Part shown: positions 53,177 through 63,870 of the stretch, piece after piece
Layout: each line of letters opens with the position of its first letter
Numbering within the stretch: the first letter of the stretch is position 1
Assembly: GCA_963740315.1 (NCBI GenBank)
Contig: CAVUDP010000001.1
Location: 64,001-128,000 of the forward strand
Direction: 5' to 3'
Source of the DNA: an uncultured cyanobacterium
GTDB lineage: Bacteria; Cyanobacteriota; Cyanobacteriia; Cyanobacteriales; Nostocaceae
Length of the DNA stretch: 64,000 nucleotides
Translations under genes and position numbers: made by a program
Notes under the pieces: generated by a model
Databases searched by the model: none
Seen by the model: the letters and a program-made list of their open reading frames with translations, nothing else
What the model was told of the DNA's origin: nothing

Positions 53177-54214
53177 ATGAATCACTTTAATCCTTATCGT
53201 CCAAGCATTTTGCCAGTTTCGCCTTTATTAAAACGCCCGCTATGGTCTGTAATGATTCCTACGTACAATTGTGCGGAATACTTACGGAATACACTGAAGA
53301 GCGTTTTAGCGCAATACCCTGGTGTAGATCGAATGCAAATCGTAGTTGTTGATAATAATTCTACTCAAGATGATCCACAAGCAGTTGTAAAAGAATTGGG
53401 CGGGGGGCGTGTAGAATTTTATCGTCAGCCACGCAATGTAGGTATGATGAATAATTTTCAAACCTGTTTTGAATTATCTCGGGGAAAATTGATTCATCTA
53501 CTGTGCAGTGACGATTGCGTCAGAGAGGGATTTTATCAAAAAATGGCAGAACCTTTTGAAAAGCATCCAGAGGTAGGGGCTGCTTTTTGCCGCAGTATTG
53601 CAATTGATGAACGCAATCAATGGCAAGGTTTATCAAATTTTGAAATCCCGGCTAGTGGTATTTTACCCAAAAGCTGGCTGCACAGAATTGCCGAACTCTG
53701 CCGTATTTCCGTACCTTCCCTTGCAGTGGTGCGGCGTGAAGTTTATGAAAATTTAGGAGGATTTGACCGTCGGTGCGGTATCAGCGCAGATTGGGAGATG
53801 TGGGTAAGGATTTTTGCTCATTATCCAATGTGGTTTGAAGCAGAGCCTTTAGCTATGTGGCGAGTGCATTTAAAGTCTGCTAACAATGTTAACGCCAAAA
53901 GTGATGTTTTTATTCGGGAAAATTACAATACTGTAGAAACTATCCTTAAATCTTATATTCCTCAAGAAGCTAACCCTAAGCTTGCTCGAACCGCAAAACA
54001 GAATTGTGCTTTTCTTGCTCTAGAATTAGCAGATTATTTAATCAAAAATGACGATCTAGCTGGAGGTATGGTTCAATTGAATACAGCACTTAATTATAGT
54101 AAAACTTACAAAGTAGTTCGGTCGGCAAGTCGCATATTATTGTGGAATAGAAGCTTAGGTATTTTCAAAAAAATGCTAAAATCGGGCGAATATAGAAAAA
54201 GTATTGAGATTTAA
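53177..54214 (+). CDS. Glycosyltransferase family 2
   Basis: WSVMIPTYN, VVDNNS, SDD, DWEMWVR. Confidence 0.88.
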   Translation: MNHFNPYRPSILPVSPLLKRPLWSVMIPTYNCAEYLRNTLKSVLAQYPGVDRMQIVVVDNNSTQDDPQAVVKELGGGRVEFYRQPRNVGMMNNFQTCFELSRGKLIHLLCSDDCVREGFYQKMAEPFEKHPEVGAAFCRSIAIDERNQWQGLSNFEIPASGILPKSWLHRIAELCRISVPSLAVVRREVYENLGGFDRRCGISADWEMWVRIFAHYPMWFEAEPLAMWRVHLKSANNVNAKSDVFIRENYNTVETILKSYIPQEANPKLARTAKQNCAFLALELADYLIKNDDLAGGMVQLNTALNYSKTYKVVRSASRILLWNRSLGIFKKMLKSGEYRKSIEI

Positions 54215-54218
54215 ATAT

Positions 54219-55193
54219 ATGACCGAAAATTATCCCCAAAATCAACCTTTAGTCAGTATCATTACTCCTACTTATAATCGTCCAGAATATTTGAAAGCAG
54301 CTCTAACAAGTGCCGTTGAGCAAACATATGCGAATATCGAAATAATTGTTTCTGATAATTGCAGTCCTGAAAATCCTCAGTCCATAATTGAATCTTTTAA
54401 TGATTCTAGAATCCGCTTCTTTCGCAACCAAAGCAATCTAGGAATGTTTGCGAATACTATGAATGCCTTTAAACAGGCACGAGGTAAATATGTTGCGAGT
54501 TTGCTAGACGATGATATATGGGAAAAAGACTTTTTAGCTAAACTTGTACCAGCATTAGAAGCTAATTCTAATTTAGCCTTAGCTTTCTGCGACCATTACA
54601 TTATTAAAGCAGACGGCGATATTGATATTGCTGCAACACAAAGGTGTTCCTATTTCTATAAACGCGCAAATTTAAAAGAAGGAATCTACCAACCTTTTTA
54701 CAAATTAAGCCTAATAGATAGAGCCGTTTCTACCGCAACTGCGGCTGTAATCCGCCGAGACATTATTGATTGGGATAGTATTCCAGCGGAAGTAGGTGGT
54801 TCGTGGGATATTTATTTGAATTATCTATGTTGTCGTTCTGGTTTGGGAGCTTATTACAATCCTGCTAAATTAACCCAATATCGCGAACACGAACAAACAG
54901 ACACCATGCAAAGTGGGAGACGTAATTTTCAAGCTAAAATCCGCAAAGCTAAAGCAGACCTTTTCTGTTACGAGAAGTTTATGGAAGATGAGCAATTAAA
55001 AGAACTTTATCCTCATTTTCAAAAAAAATGGGGACACACTAGTACAAATTTAGGAATCGGCTTGATGCGAGGTGAAAACTTAAGAGAAGCACGTATTAGT
55101 TTTTGCGATTCTTTACGCCGAGACTTTAGTTTTCGGACAATAGCCGCACTCATAGTAAGTTTTATTCACCCTAAAATTGCAGCTAAATTTTAG
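54219..55193 (+). CDS. Glycosyltransferase family 2
   Basis: VSIITPTYNR, VSDNCS, LLDDD; first ATG at 54219. Confidence 0.88.
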   Translation: MTENYPQNQPLVSIITPTYNRPEYLKAALTSAVEQTYANIEIIVSDNCSPENPQSIIESFNDSRIRFFRNQSNLGMFANTMNAFKQARGKYVASLLDDDIWEKDFLAKLVPALEANSNLALAFCDHYIIKADGDIDIAATQRCSYFYKRANLKEGIYQPFYKLSLIDRAVSTATAAVIRRDIIDWDSIPAEVGGSWDIYLNYLCCRSGLGAYYNPAKLTQYREHEQTDTMQSGRRNFQAKIRKAKADLFCYEKFMEDEQLKELYPHFQKKWGHTSTNLGIGLMRGENLREARISFCDSLRRDFSFRTIAALIVSFIHPKIAAKF

Positions 55194-55267
55194 TTGTAAC
55201 TGACAAAAAGTATATTTGGTAATTAATATCATCTCAATTATTTCAAAATCAAGGAAGGTATCTTTAT

Positions 55268-56188
55268 ATGCGAATTGCAGCTTGTATTACTACTAGAAAT
55301 CGTTCCGAGCAACTTGATGCTTGTTTAAAGGCTTTATGGAATTCTACTGTTAAACCACATTCGGTGGTTGTTTCTGATGACTCGCAAGATGTTGAAGTAC
55401 AGCAGAAAAATTTAGAAGTTGTTAAAACATACCCAGGAACAATTTATATTATCGGTCCGCGACGCGGTGTTTGCGCTAACCGTAATAACGCCGTCAATGC
55501 AACTTCGACCTTGGAAACGGATTTTGTTGCTTTTGTTGATGACGATATTTGTGTTGAACCAGATTTCATTGCTAATGCTGTAAATAGATATTCTCAAATG
55601 CCAGAAGAGCAAAGAAAATATTCTATTATTACAGGTGTTAGCACGGGTACCAAAGGAGAGAAGTTGCTACCATCAAAGCTAACTTTTCGAGGATACTTTT
55701 GTGCTACCGAAGATAATCCCGAAACAGTAGTAATTCATGCAGCATTATTTCCCAGGCAGTTTTTTTCTCAAGAACAGTGGGATGAAGATATCTATTTCGG
55801 TTATGAAGATGCAGAATTATGCTTGCGAGCGATTAAATACGGTTACAAAATTGTATCTTGTCCGGAGTTGCAAGTAAATGTTAAAAGCACCCAGAGCGTG
55901 CTTGACGCAGCCGGTATTGGTGGCATAAATAATTATGTATTACACATAGAAGCCGCTAGACTTTATGTAGGTATTAAACGCTATAAAAATATATTTCCAA
56001 ATTCTATTAAACTGTTAGCTTTTTTAGCTATATATTTTGTTCATATGAGCGGGTATTTATTTAAGCGAGGAGCAATCCAAGCTTGGCCCGAAATTATTAA
56101 ACGTTCTCGCATTCAACTGTTATGGCAGCAGGAAAATATCCCTCAACCAGAAACAGCTTCGATAGCTTCTTCGATGATTATTTCTTGA
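55268..56188 (+). CDS. Glycosyltransferase family 2
   Basis: ITTRNR, VSDDS, FVDDD, GYEDAEL. Confidence 0.88.
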   Translation: MRIAACITTRNRSEQLDACLKALWNSTVKPHSVVVSDDSQDVEVQQKNLEVVKTYPGTIYIIGPRRGVCANRNNAVNATSTLETDFVAFVDDDICVEPDFIANAVNRYSQMPEEQRKYSIITGVSTGTKGEKLLPSKLTFRGYFCATEDNPETVVIHAALFPRQFFSQEQWDEDIYFGYEDAELCLRAIKYGYKIVSCPELQVNVKSTQSVLDAAGIGGINNYVLHIEAARLYVGIKRYKNIFPNSIKLLAFLAIYFVHMSGYLFKRGAIQAWPEIIKRSRIQLLWQQENIPQPETASIASSMIIS

Positions 56189-56224
56189 AATTCGTACTTT
56201 AATTTTATAGCAGGCTGATATATA

Positions 56225-57370
56225 GTGAAGCTTTGCATTGTTACTCACAGTTTAGTCAAAGGTGATGGTCAAGGAAGAGTGAATTACGAAGTTGCTTGCG
56301 AAGCAATCCGTCGCGGGCATCATGTAACTGTATTGGCAACTAAGGTTGCTCCAGAATTAGAAAAACACGATCGAATTAATTGGGTTCCTATTTCTGTAAA
56401 AGCGCCAACAGAATTAATCCGGAACATGATGTTTGCTTTCTTAAGTAATAATTGGCTGAAAAAGCATCGCAATGAAGTTGATTTAATCAAAGCAAATGGT
56501 GCGATTACCTGGGCTGACTCAGATGTAAATGCAGTACATTTCGTACATAATTCTTGGCTGAAGTTTTCTACCTTACAAGCTGCACCTTCTGCACAAAAAA
56601 TTAGCTTTAATCCACGTCTGTTTTTATATAATTTTTATCAGTGGCTGTATACGAAACTTAACGCACGTTGGGAAAAAGAAGCTTTCGACAACGCAAAAGT
56701 AGTAGTTGCAGTTTCCGATAAAGTCGCTAAAGATTTACGAGAAATCGGCGTACCTCAAGACACTATTCGGGTAATCGGTAACGGCGTAGATGTTGAGGAA
56801 TTTGCACCTGGTAACGGTGTTAGTCGTAAAACACTTCATTTACCTGAAAATGTTACCTTGGCAATGTTTGCTGGGGATATCAGATTACCCCGGAAAAATT
56901 TAGACACGGTGCTACAGGCTTTGGTGCAAGTTCCCGACTTACATTTAGCCGTGGTAGGCGTAACCGATGGTAGTCCCTATCCACAGTTAGCGGCATCTTT
57001 GGGACTTAGCGATCGCGTTCATTTTCTAGGATTTCGGCGCGATGTCCCCTCACTTATGAAAGTCGTGGATTTGTTCGTATTTCCTTCACGCTACGAACCT
57101 TTTGGTTTAGTAGTAACCGAAGCAATGGCGAGTGGGCTACCAGTAATTACCGCAAGCTGTACGGGTGCCGCTCCTTTGGTAACGAAAGAAGCGGGGATAG
57201 TTTTGTCAAACCCAGACGATACCGAGGCTTTAGCAGAAGCACTGCAAAAATTAAGCGTCAATGGGGATTTAAGAATAAAAATGGGTGAAGCTGCCAGAGA
57301 AATTGCCCTCCAACATACTTGGAAGAACATGGCAGAGCAATATATAAATTTATTTGAGGAGATGAATTAG
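56225..57370 (+). CDS. Glycosyltransferase family 4
   Basis: GDGQGRVN, FPSRYEPFGLVVTEAMASGLPVI. Confidence 0.9.
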   Translation: MKLCIVTHSLVKGDGQGRVNYEVACEAIRRGHHVTVLATKVAPELEKHDRINWVPISVKAPTELIRNMMFAFLSNNWLKKHRNEVDLIKANGAITWADSDVNAVHFVHNSWLKFSTLQAAPSAQKISFNPRLFLYNFYQWLYTKLNARWEKEAFDNAKVVVAVSDKVAKDLREIGVPQDTIRVIGNGVDVEEFAPGNGVSRKTLHLPENVTLAMFAGDIRLPRKNLDTVLQALVQVPDLHLAVVGVTDGSPYPQLAASLGLSDRVHFLGFRRDVPSLMKVVDLFVFPSRYEPFGLVVTEAMASGLPVITASCTGAAPLVTKEAGIVLSNPDDTEALAEALQKLSVNGDLRIKMGEAAREIALQHTWKNMAEQYINLFEEMN

Positions 57371-57372
57371 TA

Positions 57373-58302
57373 ATGTCTATCGCGGTCATCGTACCAACTT
57401 ACCGCCGCAGCCAAGACTTGGCTCGCTGCTTAGAAGCGTTGCAAAATCAAACTCGATCGGCTGATGAGGTGATAGTGGTAGTCCGCGATACGGATACTCA
57501 AACTTGGTCATTTCTCGCAGCCTTTGACTCTAAATTAGCTTTACGCACCGCAACTGTGAGCATTACCGGAGTCGTTGCAGCCATGAATGCCGGACTTGAT
57601 GCAGCAACAGCCGATATAGTAGCCTTTACAGATGATGATGCTGCCGCTCATCCCGATTGGTTGGCGCGTATTGAAAGTTATTATCTTGCAAGCGATCGCG
57701 TCGGTGGAGTTGGCGGACGCGATTGGGTTTATCATGGTACCGACTTAGAAGACGGAAAGGAGCAAACAGTTGGTCAAGTTAGCTGGTTCGGTAAAGTAAT
57801 TGGCAACCATCATATAGGTACTGGCGAAGCGCGGGAAGTTGATGTCCTCAAAGGGGTAAACATGAGCTTTCGACGCGCAGCTATCCAAGGATGGCACTTT
57901 GACGAACGAATGCGAGGTACCGGCGCTCAAGTTCACTTTGAATTAGCTTTTTCTTTAAAATTAAAACGAGCTGGTTGGAAGTTAATTTACGATCCTCAAA
58001 TAGCAGTTAATCATTATCCAGCAAAACGATTTGACGAAGATCAACGTCACAGTTTTAATCAAATTGCCTTTGCCAATGCCGTACACAACGAAACTTTAGC
58101 TTTATTAGAATACTTCTCGCCATTTCAAAAATTAGCATTTTTATTTTGGTCTATTACAGTAGGAACCCGTGAAGCAATGGGTTTTATCCAGTGGTTGCGA
58201 TTTTTGCCTTCCCAAGGACTTTTAGCTGGTGAGAAATTATTAGCATCTTGGCGCGGGCGCTGGCAGGGTTTACAAACTTGGCAAGCAACTAGTAATCAGT
58301 AA
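57373..58302 (+). CDS. Glycosyltransferase family 2
   Basis: VIVPTYRR, FTDDD, KGVNMSFRR. Confidence 0.9.
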   Translation: MSIAVIVPTYRRSQDLARCLEALQNQTRSADEVIVVVRDTDTQTWSFLAAFDSKLALRTATVSITGVVAAMNAGLDAATADIVAFTDDDAAAHPDWLARIESYYLASDRVGGVGGRDWVYHGTDLEDGKEQTVGQVSWFGKVIGNHHIGTGEAREVDVLKGVNMSFRRAAIQGWHFDERMRGTGAQVHFELAFSLKLKRAGWKLIYDPQIAVNHYPAKRFDEDQRHSFNQIAFANAVHNETLALLEYFSPFQKLAFLFWSITVGTREAMGFIQWLRFLPSQGLLAGEKLLASWRGRWQGLQTWQATSNQ

Positions 58303-58398
58303 TCAATTATCAATTATCAATGGGGATTGGGCATTGGGGATTGGGCATTGGGCATTGGTAACTCTTAATTCCTAATTCCTCACTCCTAACTCCTAACT
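58302..58398. repeat. STRR heptamer tracts (ATCAATT, ATTGGG(G/C), CTCCT(A/C)A)
   Basis: Direct inspection; similar tracts at 5896-5921, 15117-15196, 16575-16612, 22688-22720, 26995-27067, 52401-52438 and 60159-60188. Confidence 0.85.
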
Positions 58399-58417
58399 TA
58401 TTTTCGGAGATGTAGCA

Positions 58418-59848
58418 GTGCATACACAGATACAAAACAATAAGACTCCTAAAAAAGGATTTTCTTTTGGTTTAGAACCGCCTTTGGGTTGGACGGCGAT
58501 ACTAGCATTCGTATTTTTTACAGTTGTATGTATTTTTGGAGGTGCTACAGGTATTCTCCGAAATGGTTATATAGCCCTTTCTTTTGCAGTCGGTCTTTTT
58601 CTGTATCTGCGATATCCTATCCTCTACATCGGTTTTACGTGGTGGCTGTGGTTTCTTACACCATTTGTGACTCGCTTAGTGGATTGGAAAAGCGGTTTTG
58701 ATGCCAGCCGCATTATGCTTGTATCGCAATACTTAGTAACTTCATTAACTTTACACACTTTTTTAATCTATCTTCCCAAGTCATTACGCCAAGGCGGTTT
58801 ACCTTTTGTAATGGCATTTCTAGGAGTTTTCTACGGTGCGCTGATCGGAATCATTAAAACTGAGCCGATGACTGCGGCTAGGGGACTTCTTGATTGGCTG
58901 CCCCCGATTATTTTTGCTTTCTTCTTATTTATCAAATGGCGGGAATATCCTCAATATCGCCAGGTATTGCAGCGTACCTTTGCCTGGGGTGTATTGGTAA
59001 TGGGTGCTTATGGTGTTTGGCAATTTATAGTGGCACCCCAATGGGATGTATATTGGCTTGTAGAAACCAAACTTAATAGTATGGGCAACCCGGAGCCTTT
59101 GGGATTGCGGGTGTGGAGTACAATGGCTTCTCCCGCACCTTTTGGGGGTGTAATGATGGCTGGTTTATTGCTGTTATTAACTCACACTCACTATTTAAAT
59201 ATTCCTGCTACCGCTGCGGGTTATTTGTCATTTTTGCTGACATCAGTACGTACTTTGTGGGGTGCTTGGATAATAGGATTAGTTACTTTATTTGGTTCCT
59301 TAAAAGCAGGCTCTCAAATGCGTTTGATTGTGGTTGTTTTGTTGATGATACTTTGTATTGTACCTTTGACAACAATTGAGCCATTTTCGGAAACAATTAC
59401 ACAACGCTTTGGAACTTTTACCGAATTAGAAAAAGACGATAGCGCTCAAGTTAGACAAAAAATTTACGAAGAAGGTTTGAATAAAGCTATTACCAACGGT
59501 TTAGGTAATGGAGTCGGAAACACATTTACTCTTAACGAACAAGGTATTTTAGAACCAATTGTAATTGACAGTGGATTTCTCGATACCTTTTTTACATTAG
59601 GTTGGTTTGGAGCAGTATTTTATTTAGGTGGAATGCTGCTATTAGTTTATCAAGTATTTCAATTTACCGAATGTAGTTTTGACTCTTTTATGGCTGCATC
59701 ACGGGGTATTGGTATCGCAATGATCTCGACTTTAGCCGGAAATAGCGGAATGTTAGGAGTTGCTGGTATGGTGCTGTGGGGATTTCTAGCTATGGCTTTA
59801 GCAGGACATAATTACCACGTACACGAGCAGAATAGGTTTAGGGGTTAG
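58418..59848 (+). CDS. O-antigen ligase/polymerase-like integral membrane protein of the HEP cluster
   Basis: About 12 hydrophobic segments; RVWSTMASP and DSGFLDTFFTLGW motifs. Confidence 0.75.
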   Translation: MHTQIQNNKTPKKGFSFGLEPPLGWTAILAFVFFTVVCIFGGATGILRNGYIALSFAVGLFLYLRYPILYIGFTWWLWFLTPFVTRLVDWKSGFDASRIMLVSQYLVTSLTLHTFLIYLPKSLRQGGLPFVMAFLGVFYGALIGIIKTEPMTAARGLLDWLPPIIFAFFLFIKWREYPQYRQVLQRTFAWGVLVMGAYGVWQFIVAPQWDVYWLVETKLNSMGNPEPLGLRVWSTMASPAPFGGVMMAGLLLLLTHTHYLNIPATAAGYLSFLLTSVRTLWGAWIIGLVTLFGSLKAGSQMRLIVVVLLMILCIVPLTTIEPFSETITQRFGTFTELEKDDSAQVRQKIYEEGLNKAITNGLGNGVGNTFTLNEQGILEPIVIDSGFLDTFFTLGWFGAVFYLGGMLLLVYQVFQFTECSFDSFMAASRGIGIAMISTLAGNSGMLGVAGMVLWGFLAMALAGHNYHVHEQNRFRG

Positions 59849-59857
59849 TGGTTAGTT

Positions 59858-59923
59858 GTAGGTTGGGTTAAAGGCGCACGAATCATTTATGTGTGAAGAG
59901 TACAAATGCGCCGTAACCCAACA
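59858..59923 (+). repeat. GTAG-type REP-like dispersed repeat
   Basis: GTAGGTTGGGTTAAAGGCGCA...TGCGCCGTAACCCAACA. Confidence 0.8.
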
Positions 59924-60189
59924 TTAAATCGGTTGATTTTCATCTCTATTATCTAATATACATTTAGCTACAATGATTCGATTATATTCATATCCGCCAG
60001 GAAATTAAATTCCCCGTTATATATGTATTATTCGATATATCAATTAGAAATTGCAGTATCCTAGTTACGATCCTATAATTTCATTAATAAATGCGCGATC
60101 GCTGTAAATATTATTAGTTTTCTATTAATAAAATTTGCAAATCTTATTCTTTTATTCTTAACTCCTAACTCCTAACTCCTAACTCCTCA

Positions 60190-61122
60190 TCATCCAATCA
60201 ATTTCTGCCAAGTTAGATTTCCCACAATTCCATCCGCATACAAACCGTTTGCTATTTGAAATTGCTGAATTGCAACTTCTGTTAAAGCGCCATATATACC
60301 GTCGGTTTCGGCACCTACACGGTGTTGTAAATATTTCATCACTATACCAGTCGCATGGTTTTTTCTAATTACTGGTTTTGCTAAAATTTGATTAATCGCA
60401 CCCCATGTAGTATCGCTGGCGATTCCTGTTTGTTGAATATCAACAATTTTCTGAAATTGCTTGATTGCACTCACAGTTGCTGAACCAATTATATTATCTT
60501 CATCTATACCGTTATCTGTGATTTTGAGACGATTTAAAGCTTTTTGCAATCTCACTAAAGATACATCAGGATTGAATGATTCATCCGGTACCGAGATAAC
60601 TTTAGCTGAAGGTAATTTACCCGTCAAACCCTTAACGATCGCATTTGCCATTGCTTCAGAATTAAACAATTGCATATCTTTTGCTGAATCAACAAAGCAA
60701 CATTCTATTAAAATTGCAGGCATATTTGTATTTTTCAAAACAAATAAATGGGAGCCATTCTTAACACCGCGATTAAAGAATCCCATTTGAATAATTTCAT
60801 CTAATACTGATTTAGAAATTTTTTTATCCGTATCGCCAATCGCAAATATTTCTGTACCGTTGGCAAAGCCGTTAAAAGCATTAAAATGTATGGAAACAAA
60901 AATATCAACTTTACTTCCATTTGCTGCTTCACATCTTTGTCGTAGGGAATCACCAACACTATCAGATTTTGCTGGTTTACAATTTATAACTTGATGCCCT
61001 AAATCTTTTAGTTTACCTATAACTCTATTTCCGACATCCAAAGTTAAATTGTCTTCAAACTTAATATCTTTTGCTCCACTGTCGGGAGGGCAATTATGTG
61101 CAATATCAATTCCAAATCTCAT
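60190..61122 (-). CDS. N-acetylmuramoyl-L-alanine amidase (Amidase_3) with two C-terminal peptidoglycan-binding domains
   Basis: DIAH...FE, FVSIHFNA, ILIECCF zinc ligands; DGIYG..T..AI..FQ..NGL..DGIVG PG-binding motif. Confidence 0.9.
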   Translation of the reverse strand: MRFGIDIAHNCPPDSGAKDIKFEDNLTLDVGNRVIGKLKDLGHQVINCKPAKSDSVGDSLRQRCEAANGSKVDIFVSIHFNAFNGFANGTEIFAIGDTDKKISKSVLDEIIQMGFFNRGVKNGSHLFVLKNTNMPAILIECCFVDSAKDMQLFNSEAMANAIVKGLTGKLPSAKVISVPDESFNPDVSLVRLQKALNRLKITDNGIDEDNIIGSATVSAIKQFQKIVDIQQTGIASDTTWGAINQILAKPVIRKNHATGIVMKYLQHRVGAETDGIYGALTEVAIQQFQIANGLYADGIVGNLTWQKLIG

Positions 61123-61624
61123 ATAGTTACCTTAAATATTAAACATTACTTTTAAAGCACTGAATATAGTAATTGTCAAGATAATTGCATCACATCTAGA
61201 CAATTGTATTTAAGGTTTTATAGCTTTGAATTAATACTTAATATTTCTGCTTCATACAATAATTAGAAAATAATATTACAGATTCAATCTCGGCGGAAAG
61301 AACGAAACCCTATTTATCAAAAATCCGCAGGCTGAATTCTAAAAACCTACACTATCCCGACTCATTTGTATGTTTTTAAATATATGGAAAATTCTTTTAC
61401 TGCGGTATTTGAGAAAGTGGACGATGTTTCCTTAATTTAACAATCAAATATTCAATGCTGGTTAAAACTAGCTTCTACCCATACCAGCAGATTCCGCCCT
61501 AAGTGCCTTCTTCGTTTTATCTTCCTTACAGACAGCAAACAATTCCATCAGAGGTAGAGGTTGGGTATTTCAAGCTAACCTTCATCATTTATCGATCGCG
61601 CGAATTGTGTCGATTCATACGCTT

Positions 61625-62095
61625 TTAACTAAGTCTAAGCGTACATTCCAAAATCAATTTTTGATTTATCAAGGAATAAGGCTGAATTCTTAAAGCATGT
61701 TGAAAAGAATTTATCGCTCTGGCGTACTCTCCTAAAGCTGCATAACACAAGCCCATACCGTGATATGCGCCAAAATGTAGCGGATTGAGTTCTATAGCGA
61801 CTTGAGTGTCAGCTAAAGACTTTTCGTACTCGCCATTAGTGTAGTAAAGAAAAGCACGGCGATTCCAAGCTTCAGCAAAATCAGGTTGATCTTCAATTAA
61901 CTGCGTCAGCATTTCTTCGGCTTCAGTAAGTTTACCTGCATCGAGTAATTTCTGACTAGTTTCTATTTTTTCTAACCCATAAACTCCCTTTTGCTGAAAC
62001 CATAAACGCCATAGTTTGCGAGTTGCTTCTTCGCGCACTACCTCATCCGGGTTTTTCAAATCTTCAAGTAATGAGTTGATAAATAAAGAATCCAT
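61625..62095 (-). CDS. Tetratricopeptide repeat protein
   Basis: PDFAEAWNRRA, NPLHFGAYHGMGLCY. Confidence 0.85.
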   Translation of the reverse strand: MDSLFINSLLEDLKNPDEVVREEATRKLWRLWFQQKGVYGLEKIETSQKLLDAGKLTEAEEMLTQLIEDQPDFAEAWNRRAFLYYTNGEYEKSLADTQVAIELNPLHFGAYHGMGLCYAALGEYARAINSFQHALRIQPYSLINQKLILECTLRLS

Positions 62096-62389
62096 AAAAT
62101 TTATTTTGTGAGTATCCGAGTATCTATGTAATTTTAATCTCGCACAAATTTACTAAAAAATACAGTAATTTACTGACTTTTAATGTTTTACTTTAAATTA
62201 CAACCAGACAAATCTTTATAGTTTTTATGTAACTTACAGCACTCTTTTTTATACCGAGTTAAAATTAACCATCATTAAGCTAAAAATTCATATTAACCTT
62301 ACATTATCTATACCAGAAATAGACCATTGACAGTTGACAAGTTAATGTTTATTGATAGTTGATAAAAACATAACAAAAAAATCATCACT

Positions 62390-63649
62390 ATGTCTTCTTC
62401 AAACGGTATTTCAAAGCATATTGTACTTACTTCACATCCCAGCCAATTTGGTCCTAAACCCATTCCTATCTGCTGGGGAGCCAAAAATGCGATGGAAAGA
62501 GGTCCGGCGATCGCCACTTTAACTAAACAAGCGCATCGCAATGTCATCGGAACTCATTCGGGAAATTACTCTATATATCGGGCTTTGGCTGTAGCTAGCG
62601 GCGCTTTACAATCGGATCATCGAGCGGATTTAACTAATACCTCTCCCACCGAACATATTGGTCCTCACCCTAGCTGGTTCGATGCTGACAAAATTGTTTC
62701 TCTCGATCCCTTTGGCGCAATTGTAGGTTCCGTATTCGCGCCATATTACGAAAAAGGATACGATATCCGTCCGACGATCGCCATCACCAAGGCTCATATT
62801 AATATGCCGGAATTGCACGAGGCAATTAACAAAGGGCGGTTGCAAGTTGATGGCAAGATTATGAAGTCGGGTGGCGATTTGGTTGTAACTAAAGCCGCGA
62901 TCGAACCAGTTTGGTATTTACCCGGCATTGCCAAACGCTTTAACATCAGCGAAGGAGATTTACGCCGCGCTTTATTTGAACAAACCGGAGGAATGTTTCC
63001 AGAATTGGTGACGCGCTCGGATTTAGAAGTGTTTTTACCACCCATCGGCGGTTTAACAGTATATATCATTGGCGATGTTGCAGATATTACCAATCCCGAT
63101 AAACCCGTAGCCGTGCGCGTACATGATGAATGTAACGGTTCTGATGTATTTGGCTCGGATATTTGTACCTGTCGTCCTTATTTAGTCCACGGTATTGAAG
63201 TCTGCGTAAAAACCGCGCAAGAAGGCGGAGTGGGTGTAATTATTTACCATCGAAAAGAAGGACGTGCTTTAGGAGAAGTAACGAAGTTTTTGGTGTACAA
63301 CGCCCGCAAACGTCAAAAAGGTGGAGATACGGCTGACGCTTATTTTAATCGTACCGAATGCGTCGCTGGCGTTGAAGATATGCGTTTTCAAGAATTAATG
63401 CCCGATGCATTGCATTGGTTGGGTATCACTCGCATCGATCGCATGGTATCAATGAGTAATATGAAATTCAACGCCATCATTAAATCCGGGATTGAAATAG
63501 TTGAAAGAATAGCAATTCCTGAAGACTTAATTCCCGATGATGCGCGGGTAGAAATTGAAGCCAAGAAAGCTGCTGGTTACTATAGCGAAACGGAAGTGCT
63601 TGATACGGATGATTTATCCTTCGTGAAAGGGCGTGCTTTGGAACAGTAA
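62390..63649 (+). CDS. GTP cyclohydrolase II-like protein with an N-terminal extension (URC1-like)
   Basis: HRNVIGTHSG N-domain; VRVHDECNGSDVFGSDICTC, KEGRALGE, SMSNMK. Confidence 0.85.
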   Translation: MSSSNGISKHIVLTSHPSQFGPKPIPICWGAKNAMERGPAIATLTKQAHRNVIGTHSGNYSIYRALAVASGALQSDHRADLTNTSPTEHIGPHPSWFDADKIVSLDPFGAIVGSVFAPYYEKGYDIRPTIAITKAHINMPELHEAINKGRLQVDGKIMKSGGDLVVTKAAIEPVWYLPGIAKRFNISEGDLRRALFEQTGGMFPELVTRSDLEVFLPPIGGLTVYIIGDVADITNPDKPVAVRVHDECNGSDVFGSDICTCRPYLVHGIEVCVKTAQEGGVGVIIYHRKEGRALGEVTKFLVYNARKRQKGGDTADAYFNRTECVAGVEDMRFQELMPDALHWLGITRIDRMVSMSNMKFNAIIKSGIEIVERIAIPEDLIPDDARVEIEAKKAAGYYSETEVLDTDDLSFVKGRALEQ

Positions 63650-63670
63650 GCAGTTAACAGTTAGCCTTAT

Positions 63671-63715
63671 AACCGGGTTTCTAAATTTTAAGCATTTCTC
63701 AGAAACCCGGTTTTT
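63671..63715 (+). terminator. Inverted repeat / terminator after the cyclohydrolase-like gene
   Basis: AACCGGGTTTCT...AGAAACCCGGTT plus a T run. Confidence 0.6.
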
Positions 63716-63800
63716 ATGTCTGGATGAAATAATTTTATTAGTTATTACTTAATTCTTAGAAGATGTTTTCCAAGTATCTTTTTTAACGTAATTCTCGGAT

Positions 63801-63870
63801 TATCCCCCCTTCCCCCCTTATGAAAGGGGGGTTAAAGTCCCCCTTTTTTAAGGGGGATTTAGGGGGATCT
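63801..63870. repeat. Cyanobacterial CCCCCT...AAGGGGGATTTAGGGGGATC dispersed repeat
   Basis: Direct inspection; a related truncated copy lies at about 18776-18808. Confidence 0.7.

Noticed and set aside
61280..61560. Possible riboswitch (c-di-AMP / c-di-GMP) upstream of the amidase
   Set aside because: Consensus elements not found on the coding strand; the GAACGAAACCC...AACCTAC pieces look like a decayed REP
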